Part shown: positions 19,361 through 28,048 of the stretch, in pieces
Position numbering within the stretch: position 1 is the first letter of the stretch
Layout of the letters: every line of letters begins with the position of its first letter
Assembly: GCA_025055635.1 (NCBI GenBank)
Contig: JANWWQ010000003.1
Coordinates: 4,849-68,848 of the forward strand
Length of the DNA stretch: 64,000 nt
Reading direction: 5' to 3'
Origin: Flavobacteriales bacterium
GTDB taxonomy: Bacteria; Bacteroidota; Bacteroidia; CAIKAF01
Program-made: the position numbers and the translations under genes
Notes under the pieces: generated by a model
What the model was told of the DNA's origin: nothing
The model's database searches: none
What the model saw: only the letters and a program-made list of their open reading frames with translations

Positions 19361-22300
19361 TTGAAGATATCAGGGAGTTTGTTATTTACTTTTTGTTTAC
19401 CCCTGCGGCATCTTTTGAGCCAGATACCTTCTTTGATACATCCGGAACACACCCTCTGTGCAAGTCCCACCGGAATGGTATTTTCCTGGGACAATTATCC
19501 AGGTGCTTTAAGCTATGAACTTCAAATAGCCACGCAGCCTGATTTCATCGGGGCCACCACATTTACAACGAACAATTCGTTCTATACTCCCAATCTTTCC
19601 TCAGGTCAGGTCTATTATTGGAGAGTACGGGCCATCACTTCGGGCGGGCCCACACCATGGAGTTTCCCGCGAACTTTCTATGCCTATACCCCGAACTCCT
19701 TCCCCGGATGTCTCTTTTGGGGTTCCGCTCAGGACCTAAATCTGCCCAACAATACAGGGGTGGCTACCTGGCCCACCTTGTCGGGTTCAGGCTATGATTT
19801 GTTTCAGAACGTTCCGGCCAATCGGCCTGTTTACCTGGCCCAAGGCGGCTTTCGCAACTGGCCTAGGATTTTTTTCCCAGGTAATCAGGAGTATTTCACT
19901 TCCAATATTACTCCAGCACAAATAGAGAACAGCGACCCCCTTTTCATTTTCCAATTTGGAAAATGTTATAATCAAAGTCTGGGCTTTCTGTATTATTTAG
20001 GAAATGCCTCAGCCCTTCCCCCCGCTTACACTTGTCGGTGTGCCGTCACCGAACAAAATGACGGCCGTTACAGAGCGCTGGCCTATGATGGTGCCCAGAG
20101 TGCTTTCACCTACGACTTTTATACGACAAATTCCCAATATGCTCTCATAACGGTGGCTGATGTACCGAGCACTTCTCCAGGAGGTCCTGCCAAAATATTC
20201 AAAAATGGCCATCTTCAGAACTCTTCCCTCTCTGTGCCCGTACCGGTTCACCCCACAGCCACTTTCCGACTGGGGGCTGATCAGAATGGAAACTTAACGG
20301 GACATTTTGAAGTTCAAGAATTTATTTTATTTAATGAGGCCCTTAGTGATACTCAGAGGAAAATTGTAGAAAAATTTATTTTGGACAAATATGCTCCGCC
20401 TGTGAATTTAGGTCCAGATGTGGTGGCAAACGGTATTTGTGCCAATGTAACTCTTCAAGCAGGGGATTTTTATTCTAGCTACCTCTGGAACACAGGCGAC
20501 ACCACACCCTCCATTGTAGCCACCAATTTAGGAACGTACTGGGTGCAGGTGGTGGACCCCTTTGGAAGGGTAAGTGCCGATACCATCCGCGTATTGCCTC
20601 CTTTCAATTTTCAGCAGTTAAGTGACGGGCATCTGTGTAGCGGTAGTGCTATAGTGTGGGATCCAAATGTACCCCCTGGTTACAATCTGCTCTGGTCTAA
20701 CGGTTCTACGGGCAATACCCTTACCATTACCCAGCCGGGTAGTTACTATTTGACCGTAACAGATGCTTTCAATTGCTCCTTCACTTCTGATACCGTCACT
20801 CTGGTTCTGGATTCATTTCCTGATGCAGATCTGGGCGCTTCTTCTCAAACTTTGTGTGCTGGCAATTTTCTGGCATTCAATATGCCAGCCGGTCAGGGTG
20901 CCCAGTTTCTGTGGAGTGATGGGTCTAGCGATACGCTTTTGGTTGTCAACACATCCGGTTTATATTGGGCCATTGCCACTAATCAAAACGGTTGCGTGGC
21001 CTCTGACACTGTGCAGGTGACAGTGGCGGGTGTGGCTCCGCTGGTGGATTTTGCCACCAGCACTCGGTGTGCGGGCGATACCATACAGTTCTCTGCCATC
21101 GTGGACCAGCCTGTGAGCAATTACCAGTGGCAGTTTGGTGGGGGAGTAACAGCCTCCGGTTCTCAGGCCATCCATCTTTTTCCAACTCCCGGCCCCAAAT
21201 GGGTAACACTGAAAGTGCTGGGGCAGAGCGGATGCTTGGGACAAAAGACCAAAGTACTTAACATCTTAGCGCAACCCACCCCAGCATTTAATTATTCCAC
21301 TGATCCCTGCATTTTTGATACCACCTTCTTTTTTGACCAAAGTTCCATGCCGGGAGGAAATGTGGTACAATGGGAATGGCACTTCGGCGATCCCTCGTCC
21401 GGAGCTCAAAACCATTCCAATGACCAAAATCCTTTCCACATATTCACCTCTGCCGGAATTTACCAGGTTACACTGAGGGCTTTCAACGATTCACTTTGCA
21501 GCAAGACCATCACTGTTCCGGTGTTTGTTCTGCCTGCCGCCATTCCAGAATTCATCTATGATCGTACCTGCATTGGAGAGCCTGTTCAATTTACATCTCA
21601 GGTGACTCTGCCCCCCGGGGTTGCCCTTCTTGGCTATCAGTGGAACCTAGGCAATGGTAATACATCCGCTTTACCCCATCCCCAGCAGGTTTATCCAGCG
21701 GGCACATACACCGTGAGCCTGAGGGTAAACAGCATTACTCAAAATAAAGTGTGTAAGGCTTTTCGCGTTAAAACTCTGGAAATCAATAAGGACGTATTGC
21801 CAGGATTCGCTTTACCCGACAGTGTGTGTGTGGGAGTTTCCTTAACTCTCAGTGATACAGGCAGTGTGATCAACGACGGAGTGGGCTGGCGTTTATGGCG
21901 CATAAGCGATATAGGACAGATAACAGGACAAAATGTGAGCTATGCATTTCCAGAGGGTGCTACCGGCTGGCGTACCATACGGCTGGTTGTGCAATCCGCC
22001 GGTGGATGTCGGGACTCCGTGCAACATACTGTCTTCGTGAAAGATGCACCCCACACTTCGTTTACCGCGATACCTCCGGGGGGACCTGTGCCTCTACAGG
22101 TAGATTTTATCAACCAGTCCTCAGGGGCGCACCAATACTTATGGTTTTTGAATGGTGTCCTTTTCCATCAGGGTGATCAACCTTCCCAGCTCACAATTCA
22201 GGATGGAGGTAATTACATTGTGTCGCTCGTGGGCCAGAGTCCAAACGGCTGTACAGATACAGCCAGGGTTCTCTTGATTGCAGATCCTCCGGGCATCGGC

Positions 22301-22870
22301 CTAGTTTTATCTAATGTGGATTGCCAGCTTAACGGAGATTTCCTTCAATTCCAGGCTACTTTGCTCAACGGAGGCTCCACAGAAGTTACAAGTGTTGAGC
22401 TTCTTCTGACAGCCGGTCACCAGGCCGTTGCCACTTATCTATGGACTGGCAGCCTCCAGTCGGGGAGTCAGGTAAATATTCCCTTGCCCCTCACCCTGCA
22501 TCAGCCTGGGGAAGCCCCATACTGTTGCGTAAAGGTGATTCAATACAACGGCAGCATAATTCCCGCTGAAGATGCTGACGAACACTGTAAACCCCTTGAG
22601 AATAACTTTTGGGTGGGCCAGGTATTTCCCAATCCTTCTGGAGAGGAAGCCACAGGGCTGTATGTGCACATTCCTGCAGAGGAGTCCCTATACATGAACG
22701 TTCAGGATCTTGGCGGAAAAATTCTTTGGTCCGAAGTTTTTGAAAACCTATCTAGTGGTTTACATTTTCTTTATTTACCAGAAATCAGTTTGAACTCTGG
22801 GGTGTATTTAGTGACTCTTCGCTATAGAGATAAAAAAGAATGTCGGCGATGGATTGTGTGGGAGAGGTAA
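19361..22870 (+). CDS. Large T9SS type-A cargo protein: FN3-like, LamG/ConA-like, YLWxxG beta-repeats, PKD domains and CTD
   Basis: FSWD..YELQIA..YYWRVRA; EFILFNEALS; LWNTG/LWSNG/LWSDG repeats; WQFG/WHFGD/WNLGNG PKD motifs; C-terminal VFPNPS..SGVYLV. The start is uncertain (TTG 19361 gives a signal peptide ending LLS-Q; GTG 19334 is also possible). A TATTTTTG element lies at 19320-19327. Confidence 0.82.
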   Translation: MKISGSLLFTFCLPLRHLLSQIPSLIHPEHTLCASPTGMVFSWDNYPGALSYELQIATQPDFIGATTFTTNNSFYTPNLSSGQVYYWRVRAITSGGPTPWSFPRTFYAYTPNSFPGCLFWGSAQDLNLPNNTGVATWPTLSGSGYDLFQNVPANRPVYLAQGGFRNWPRIFFPGNQEYFTSNITPAQIENSDPLFIFQFGKCYNQSLGFLYYLGNASALPPAYTCRCAVTEQNDGRYRALAYDGAQSAFTYDFYTTNSQYALITVADVPSTSPGGPAKIFKNGHLQNSSLSVPVPVHPTATFRLGADQNGNLTGHFEVQEFILFNEALSDTQRKIVEKFILDKYAPPVNLGPDVVANGICANVTLQAGDFYSSYLWNTGDTTPSIVATNLGTYWVQVVDPFGRVSADTIRVLPPFNFQQLSDGHLCSGSAIVWDPNVPPGYNLLWSNGSTGNTLTITQPGSYYLTVTDAFNCSFTSDTVTLVLDSFPDADLGASSQTLCAGNFLAFNMPAGQGAQFLWSDGSSDTLLVVNTSGLYWAIATNQNGCVASDTVQVTVAGVAPLVDFATSTRCAGDTIQFSAIVDQPVSNYQWQFGGGVTASGSQAIHLFPTPGPKWVTLKVLGQSGCLGQKTKVLNILAQPTPAFNYSTDPCIFDTTFFFDQSSMPGGNVVQWEWHFGDPSSGAQNHSNDQNPFHIFTSAGIYQVTLRAFNDSLCSKTITVPVFVLPAAIPEFIYDRTCIGEPVQFTSQVTLPPGVALLGYQWNLGNGNTSALPHPQQVYPAGTYTVSLRVNSITQNKVCKAFRVKTLEINKDVLPGFALPDSVCVGVSLTLSDTGSVINDGVGWRLWRISDIGQITGQNVSYAFPEGATGWRTIRLVVQSAGGCRDSVQHTVFVKDAPHTSFTAIPPGGPVPLQVDFINQSSGAHQYLWFLNGVLFHQGDQPSQLTIQDGGNYIVSLVGQSPNGCTDTARVLLIADPPGIGLVLSNVDCQLNGDFLQFQATLLNGGSTEVTSVELLLTAGHQAVATYLWTGSLQSGSQVNIPLPLTLHQPGEAPYCCVKVIQYNGSIIPAEDADEHCKPLENNFWVGQVFPNPSGEEATGLYVHIPAEESLYMNVQDLGGKILWSEVFENLSSGLHFLYLPEISLNSGVYLVTLRYRDKKECRRWIVWER

Positions 22871-22882
22871 GGATTAGCAAAC

Positions 22883-24184
22883 TTATATGTAAGAAGCAGC
22901 TAGCGTGAGCATTTTATTAGTTAGGTTTTTTCGCGAATAACTCTGAATATTTATTGGGTTGGTACGGAATGCCTCATAGTTTTTTAGTATCCAGTTTTGA
23001 TAGTAATAATGCAATTGCTCATAAGCGTTTTGATCTTTCTCAATTAATAATCCGCACTGGTTTTCTCGTATCAGTTTTTCAATAGTGCCGTAGTCGTTTC
23101 TAAACACTATCACCGGTCTTTGCACTGCCATGTAATCATATATTTTAACTGCGGATCCATCCACAGAATCAGAGGCTAGGAATAACAATAAATGGGCTTT
23201 TTGAATAAGACGAACGGATTGATGTCTGGGAAGTCTGGGAGTTATCCGAAGTTCGCAATTCAATGAATAAAATGCCCTGTTAATTCGATTCTTTTGATGC
23301 AGGCTACCCACAAATACAAAGCGTATATCTTTTTCTTTTATGGAATATTTTTTAGTAAATTGAATAAAAAATGAAACAAATTCTTCCAGGGGTTGAAAGG
23401 GATAAAGGGTACCTGAATACATTATGGTAAATTTATCCTTAAAAGGCAGAGCTCTCGGAGAGAGTTTTTCTATATCTTCAGGTTCATAACCATTTGGGAT
23501 GACATGAACGGGTCGGTTGAGAAGTTCACCCAGTTGATATGATAATTTTTCCGTGACCGTCGTGACAGCTGCGGAGGTTTTTACGAGCCGGATCTCAAGA
23601 GGCCTGAGAAGGTATTTTAAGATAATTTTTTGAAGAAAAGGCATGTACTTAAAACCATAGTTTAGGCTCCAGCCATCGCGATAATCTGCAATCCAGGGAA
23701 TATTAAATTCTTTGCTTAATTTATAGGCGTACAAAAAAGAAATAAATGGCTCGCCGGTAGCAATTATTAGGGAATATGATCCTAGATTTTTTTTTAAAAA
23801 TTCTTTGGCTTTTAAGTAAATAGTTCGGGTGCTATCGGTACAAGAAAAGAAGAAAGGAGCCCAGTAGTAAAAGCTTGTAAGGAATTTTTGCAGGTATACC
23901 CAGAAGCTTTTATTGGTTCTTTTCAATATAAGCTTATCTCTTAAGTTGGGCTTGAAGTCGCAATAGAAAACTTTGGCGGTTCCGTAATGGGAAAATTCCG
24001 GAGCGTCGGGAGGATTTTCATAATAATCGGCAAGACACCGGACCTGGGCTTTCCATTTCCTCGTAAAAACGATTATTTCAAACTGATCTGGATCGGCGTG
24101 GCGGCACCAGGATGCAGGTCTTTCGGCTCCTACAGAGTTGTAGGGAGGAAAATCGTTGCAAATGATTAGTATTCTTTTTTTCAC
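22883..24184 (-). CDS. Glycosyltransferase family 4
   Basis: FPPYNSVGAER; IPWIADYRDGW; VIPNGYE; MYSGTLY; KIYDYMAVQRP; GTG start overlaps the upstream stop (GTGA). Confidence 0.85.
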   Translation of the reverse strand: MKKRILIICNDFPPYNSVGAERPASWCRHADPDQFEIIVFTRKWKAQVRCLADYYENPPDAPEFSHYGTAKVFYCDFKPNLRDKLILKRTNKSFWVYLQKFLTSFYYWAPFFFSCTDSTRTIYLKAKEFLKKNLGSYSLIIATGEPFISFLYAYKLSKEFNIPWIADYRDGWSLNYGFKYMPFLQKIILKYLLRPLEIRLVKTSAAVTTVTEKLSYQLGELLNRPVHVIPNGYEPEDIEKLSPRALPFKDKFTIMYSGTLYPFQPLEEFVSFFIQFTKKYSIKEKDIRFVFVGSLHQKNRINRAFYSLNCELRITPRLPRHQSVRLIQKAHLLLFLASDSVDGSAVKIYDYMAVQRPVIVFRNDYGTIEKLIRENQCGLLIEKDQNAYEQLHYYYQNWILKNYEAFRTNPINIQSYSRKNLTNKMLTLAASYI

Positions 24185-26622
24185 AACAATTTATCAACTG
24201 CTTCGCGAAATCTGGCTAAAAACTTGGTATGGGAAGGATAATATGTATGCGGTACTGGGGGGGATTGCATGATTTGATACCATTCGGTTTCGCTAAGGTT
24301 AAATTTCTGGCGAAGGAATTTCAACAAATTTTCCTTTTCTTCTTCACTGATCGCAGGTTTTTTCAATTCTTTTAGGGCTTCCTCGCGGTCCATCTGGCCT
24401 GCGCATATAAGGGTTGAAAAGTGGGAAATTCTTTTATCAATTCCGAATTTGTCCGGAAGTATACATGTTTGAAATATTTTTGTAAAAGTACTTTCGTGGT
24501 GTTTACCTCCATAGTCCCGCCATCCACATTCTTTTTTCAGTAATTCTTTTGCAGCCTTTTTATCGTAATGAACATATTCTAGCAAGGGAATGTACCGTAT
24601 ACCCCAAATTTTTTCGTAGGCCAATTTTTTTAGAATTCCAAGAGTAGGAAAAGTTTTAATTTTTCTTTTACCGAATCTTTTGTGGATAGCTTTGAGGTTC
24701 ACCAAATCGATTTTAGAAAATACCCATTCGGGAGGCAATACGCCTTCTGTAGTAAAATTTTCTCCGGATAGAATGTATTTGATTCCAAATTTCTTCGCGG
24801 CCCGGTATAGAGTAGCAATGATAGCATGGTCAGTGAGAACTTCGATGTCCACAACGGATGCTTTCAGGTATGCCATTTGCAAATCCTTAAACTCGTCCCA
24901 TTCTATTACGTGTGTGTATAAATCCACATTTAAATGTTCAAGTACATTTCTTATATTTTGAACGGCAATTTCGCTGTTCCATCCATTATCTAGGTGTACC
25001 GCCAATGGATTTAATCCTAAAATCTTTTTAGCATAATAAACCGTGTAACTACTGTCAATGCCTCCGCTGACGCCCACGATACAATTATATTTACCTTTGT
25101 GTTTTTTGATTTTTTGAATTATTTCTTCTAATTCCCCTGAACCTATCTTACTTTTTATTTGATTTATCCGCAGGTCGTATGTCCGGCAAAATTGACAAAG
25201 ACCGTCAAGTCCCAAATCTAATCTCGGATAATTGCGCGTGTTGAATACACATCTTGCACACTCCTTATAGCTATTCTCATTTTTTATTTCAGTTTTTGTT
25301 TTCAATAGTTTAAGTAAATCATGGGCAAAAATTTCATAGTTTTTCTCTGCAGAGAACTTATCTTTCCAGGTAGAGTAAGCGTTTTGTCGCATTTTTTTCT
25401 TGTCTTCGGATGGCCACAAATGATAGGCTTTTAAAGCTTTTGCAATGTCTTCCGGTGTGCTTTTGGATGGACACAGAAAGCCATTCACATTATTTTGGAT
25501 AATTTCTCTAATTCCTCCCACATCTCTCCCTACACAGGGAATTCCAGCTGACATAGCTTCCATCATGGACACGGGGAGCCCCTCATAATCGCTAGTATTG
25601 AGTAAAAGGTCAAAGTATTCATTTGTTAAGATTTCCTTGACTTGATGTTTGTTTTTTAATCCTCTGTAATCATAAGAAAACCAGGAATACTTTTTTCTAA
25701 GATTTTCCAGGGAAGCCAGAAAATCTTGTTCATACTTTGGATTGCCGCTGCCAATATGTGTCCATGTGATGGCTATATTTTCCTTAAGCAAAATTTCCAC
25801 GGACTTTGCAGCCAGATCTAAACGTTTTACTGGAGAAATAAAAGCCAGGGTGAGTATCAGTAATGGTTGATTATCTGGTGCTTCAGGCGGTTCATAATGG
25901 TCGCAAATTTCCGGGGTGCCCAGGGGACGACAATACACATTTATGGGTAATGCAGTGCTGTACTTCTGTTGAATATAATTTTTGCCATGTTCAGAAATGG
26001 TAAAAAAGGCATCCACTTTTTTTAGTATGAGGGTTCTGAAAGGCAGATACGAGTAAGGATTCCGCTCGCAATACACATCCCAGCCATGGGCTCTAGTCGT
26101 TACGGCAGAGTTTTTGAAATAGGTGCTTAGCAGTATGTTGCCTAACGTAAATTCAGTGGTCCAATATGAATAAAATAAAAATTTATCGTTGTCTGTTTTT
26201 ATCCTTTGGATGTAATTTTTGAGGGTTTCAAAGTATTTGTGAGCTTTCTTAACCCAAGCTAAGACTACCTTTATTTTATAAAAATTAGGTAAAGACCTGT
26301 TCCTGATAAAAATCTGGTAAAACTCATAAAAAATCCACCATTTGTAACGGACAACCGAACTGAGTGCAATTTTTTCGCTTCTGGTCAAATTAAAATTAAA
26401 ATTTTGTAAAATACAGTTTTCAGGAAATTGAAAGATAATATCATTATGATTAGGATAATTTTTCTCAGAGTATTGTGTGATAATGATATGGACCTGGTCG
26501 AAATGTTTGCAAAGAAAGGGCAGCTCACTTTCCAGAAAGGGCTCTCCGAAACCATATGGAAAGTCTGATACGGTAAGGAACAAAATTTTTCTTTCCGTTT
26601 CGTGTTGATTTTCAGGGGGCAT
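24181..26622 (-). CDS. Fusion protein: N-terminal GT4 glycosyltransferase and C-terminal N-acetyl-sugar amidotransferase (WbpG/WbuX/PseA-like)
   Basis: aa ~1-440: FPYGFGEPFLESE, RAHGWD, KRLD, EGLPVSMMEAMSAGIP, DVGGIREII. aa ~455-813: CARC..CQFC, PP-loop VSGGIDSS, AVHLDNGWNSE, YGGKHHES. One uninterrupted frame. Confidence 0.88.
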   Translation of the reverse strand: MPPENQHETERKILFLTVSDFPYGFGEPFLESELPFLCKHFDQVHIIITQYSEKNYPNHNDIIFQFPENCILQNFNFNLTRSEKIALSSVVRYKWWIFYEFYQIFIRNRSLPNFYKIKVVLAWVKKAHKYFETLKNYIQRIKTDNDKFLFYSYWTTEFTLGNILLSTYFKNSAVTTRAHGWDVYCERNPYSYLPFRTLILKKVDAFFTISEHGKNYIQQKYSTALPINVYCRPLGTPEICDHYEPPEAPDNQPLLILTLAFISPVKRLDLAAKSVEILLKENIAITWTHIGSGNPKYEQDFLASLENLRKKYSWFSYDYRGLKNKHQVKEILTNEYFDLLLNTSDYEGLPVSMMEAMSAGIPCVGRDVGGIREIIQNNVNGFLCPSKSTPEDIAKALKAYHLWPSEDKKKMRQNAYSTWKDKFSAEKNYEIFAHDLLKLLKTKTEIKNENSYKECARCVFNTRNYPRLDLGLDGLCQFCRTYDLRINQIKSKIGSGELEEIIQKIKKHKGKYNCIVGVSGGIDSSYTVYYAKKILGLNPLAVHLDNGWNSEIAVQNIRNVLEHLNVDLYTHVIEWDEFKDLQMAYLKASVVDIEVLTDHAIIATLYRAAKKFGIKYILSGENFTTEGVLPPEWVFSKIDLVNLKAIHKRFGKRKIKTFPTLGILKKLAYEKIWGIRYIPLLEYVHYDKKAAKELLKKECGWRDYGGKHHESTFTKIFQTCILPDKFGIDKRISHFSTLICAGQMDREEALKELKKPAISEEEKENLLKFLRQKFNLSETEWYQIMQSPPVPHTYYPSHTKFLARFREAVDKLL

Positions 26623-27925
26623 TTTGCATGGAATTTCTTAAATCTAAAATTACTTGAGGTTTTCTTTTTGACTCGGGAAATAGTTTTTTGACTAGTAAAT
26701 CATCTGGAATCCAATGGATTTCTGGAACAGGCAAATTGTGATCTCTGAATGTGCGGAGGAAAAAGTCATATGTCACACGCATTTGAGCTTTTTCAGAGAT
26801 GAAAAGCATTAGTTTATCGTGCTGTTCCTTTTCATGAGCTATGGTCAGTTGAAATTGCTGACTGAGGCCACAGTCATTCAAAAGCCGAACATATTGTTCC
26901 GGGTAGATAGTAGTGCCATTGACTTTTAGCCGTAATTCCCGGCGTCCAACGACGGGACCGATGCGCAGGGATGTGAGGCCACAGGGACAAGGGGAGCGCC
27001 ACACGCGCACTATATCACCTGTGGCATACCGCAGCATTGGCATTGCCTCCACCCCAAAATGTGTAAAAACTAATTGTCCCGCTTGGCCTTCCTCAACAGG
27101 GCGTCCTTCGTCATCAAGGATTTCCGTGTACACCAGGTCGTCCTGAGCATGCAGACCGGTGTGCTGGGGGCATTCTGTGTAGGCTGTTTGGAGTTCGGTG
27201 GAAGCATAAGTGGACACGATGTTAAGCGGCCATTGCTGAGTGATAGATTGACAAAGCGCATTGGGCCTGCAGTTCTCATCGATAGTGGGTTCACCTACTG
27301 CTATGAGGGTGCGTACGGATAAGCTCTGTGGATCAATGCCCTGAGATTGGGCATATTCCAGCAAACGGGGGATAAAGGAAGGCACGGCCAGGAGGGCTGT
27401 GACCTGACGTTGATGCATAGTTTGCCATTGCAGGGGTAGCACGCCGGGACCCATTCGTATCACGGATATGCCCGCTTTTCTGGCTCCTAACCAATAAGCC
27501 AGGCCCGCCATAAATCGTTTGTCCAAGGTGATGCAAATTTGCAGGACGTCGCCCCGGCGCAGGCCCGCCATGCGGAATGTCCATGCTTCATTTCGGGCTA
27601 ATCGGCGTAAATCCCCTTCGCTGAGCGGAACATAAAGAGGCTCACCTGTGGTTCCTGAAGTGCTGGACCACTCCTTAATGCGGTGTGAAGAAATACAAAA
27701 AAAATCTTCTGGATGCCGGATAAGATGACTTTTGGTGGTTAAAGGAAGCGCCCGGAATATTTCCCACGTCCATTTCTCAAGGGGTTTACGGGAATGCCTG
27801 GCAAGTAACTTTTTATAGTAAGGAGAATATTTTGAAAGGTAGGATAATGTATTTAATAGCTTAGGTGGTAGGTTAAAGTTATCTTGAGGTTTGGAGTTTG
27901 GAGATGGCCTAGCCTTTTTGGGCAT
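26612..27925 (-). CDS. Phenylacetate/aryl-CoA ligase family (PaaK-like adenylate-forming enzyme)
   Basis: SPYY; LPLTTK; STSGTTGEP; VGEP; TYASTE; MPMLRYATGD; CPCG; KVNGTTIYP. Confidence 0.88.
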   Translation of the reverse strand: MPKKARPSPNSKPQDNFNLPPKLLNTLSYLSKYSPYYKKLLARHSRKPLEKWTWEIFRALPLTTKSHLIRHPEDFFCISSHRIKEWSSTSGTTGEPLYVPLSEGDLRRLARNEAWTFRMAGLRRGDVLQICITLDKRFMAGLAYWLGARKAGISVIRMGPGVLPLQWQTMHQRQVTALLAVPSFIPRLLEYAQSQGIDPQSLSVRTLIAVGEPTIDENCRPNALCQSITQQWPLNIVSTYASTELQTAYTECPQHTGLHAQDDLVYTEILDDEGRPVEEGQAGQLVFTHFGVEAMPMLRYATGDIVRVWRSPCPCGLTSLRIGPVVGRRELRLKVNGTTIYPEQYVRLLNDCGLSQQFQLTIAHEKEQHDKLMLFISEKAQMRVTYDFFLRTFRDHNLPVPEIHWIPDDLLVKKLFPESKRKPQVILDLRNSMQNAP

Positions 27926-27941
27926 CTGGTTATTGAAGAAA

Positions 27942-27949
27942 CAAATTTA
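27942..27949 (-). promoter_or_regulatory. -7 element (TAAATTTG) for the CoA-ligase / GT operon
   Basis: Exact TAnnTTTG ending 16 nt before the ATG at 27925. Confidence 0.65.
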
Positions 27950-28048
27950 TCTGCGTTTTTTCATTTAGAGTTGACTTGAGGAGTGTTCATTATAGCAAGA
28001 TTTCAGAAAATTATACATAATATAACGGTAAGTATTCAAATCTCCACC

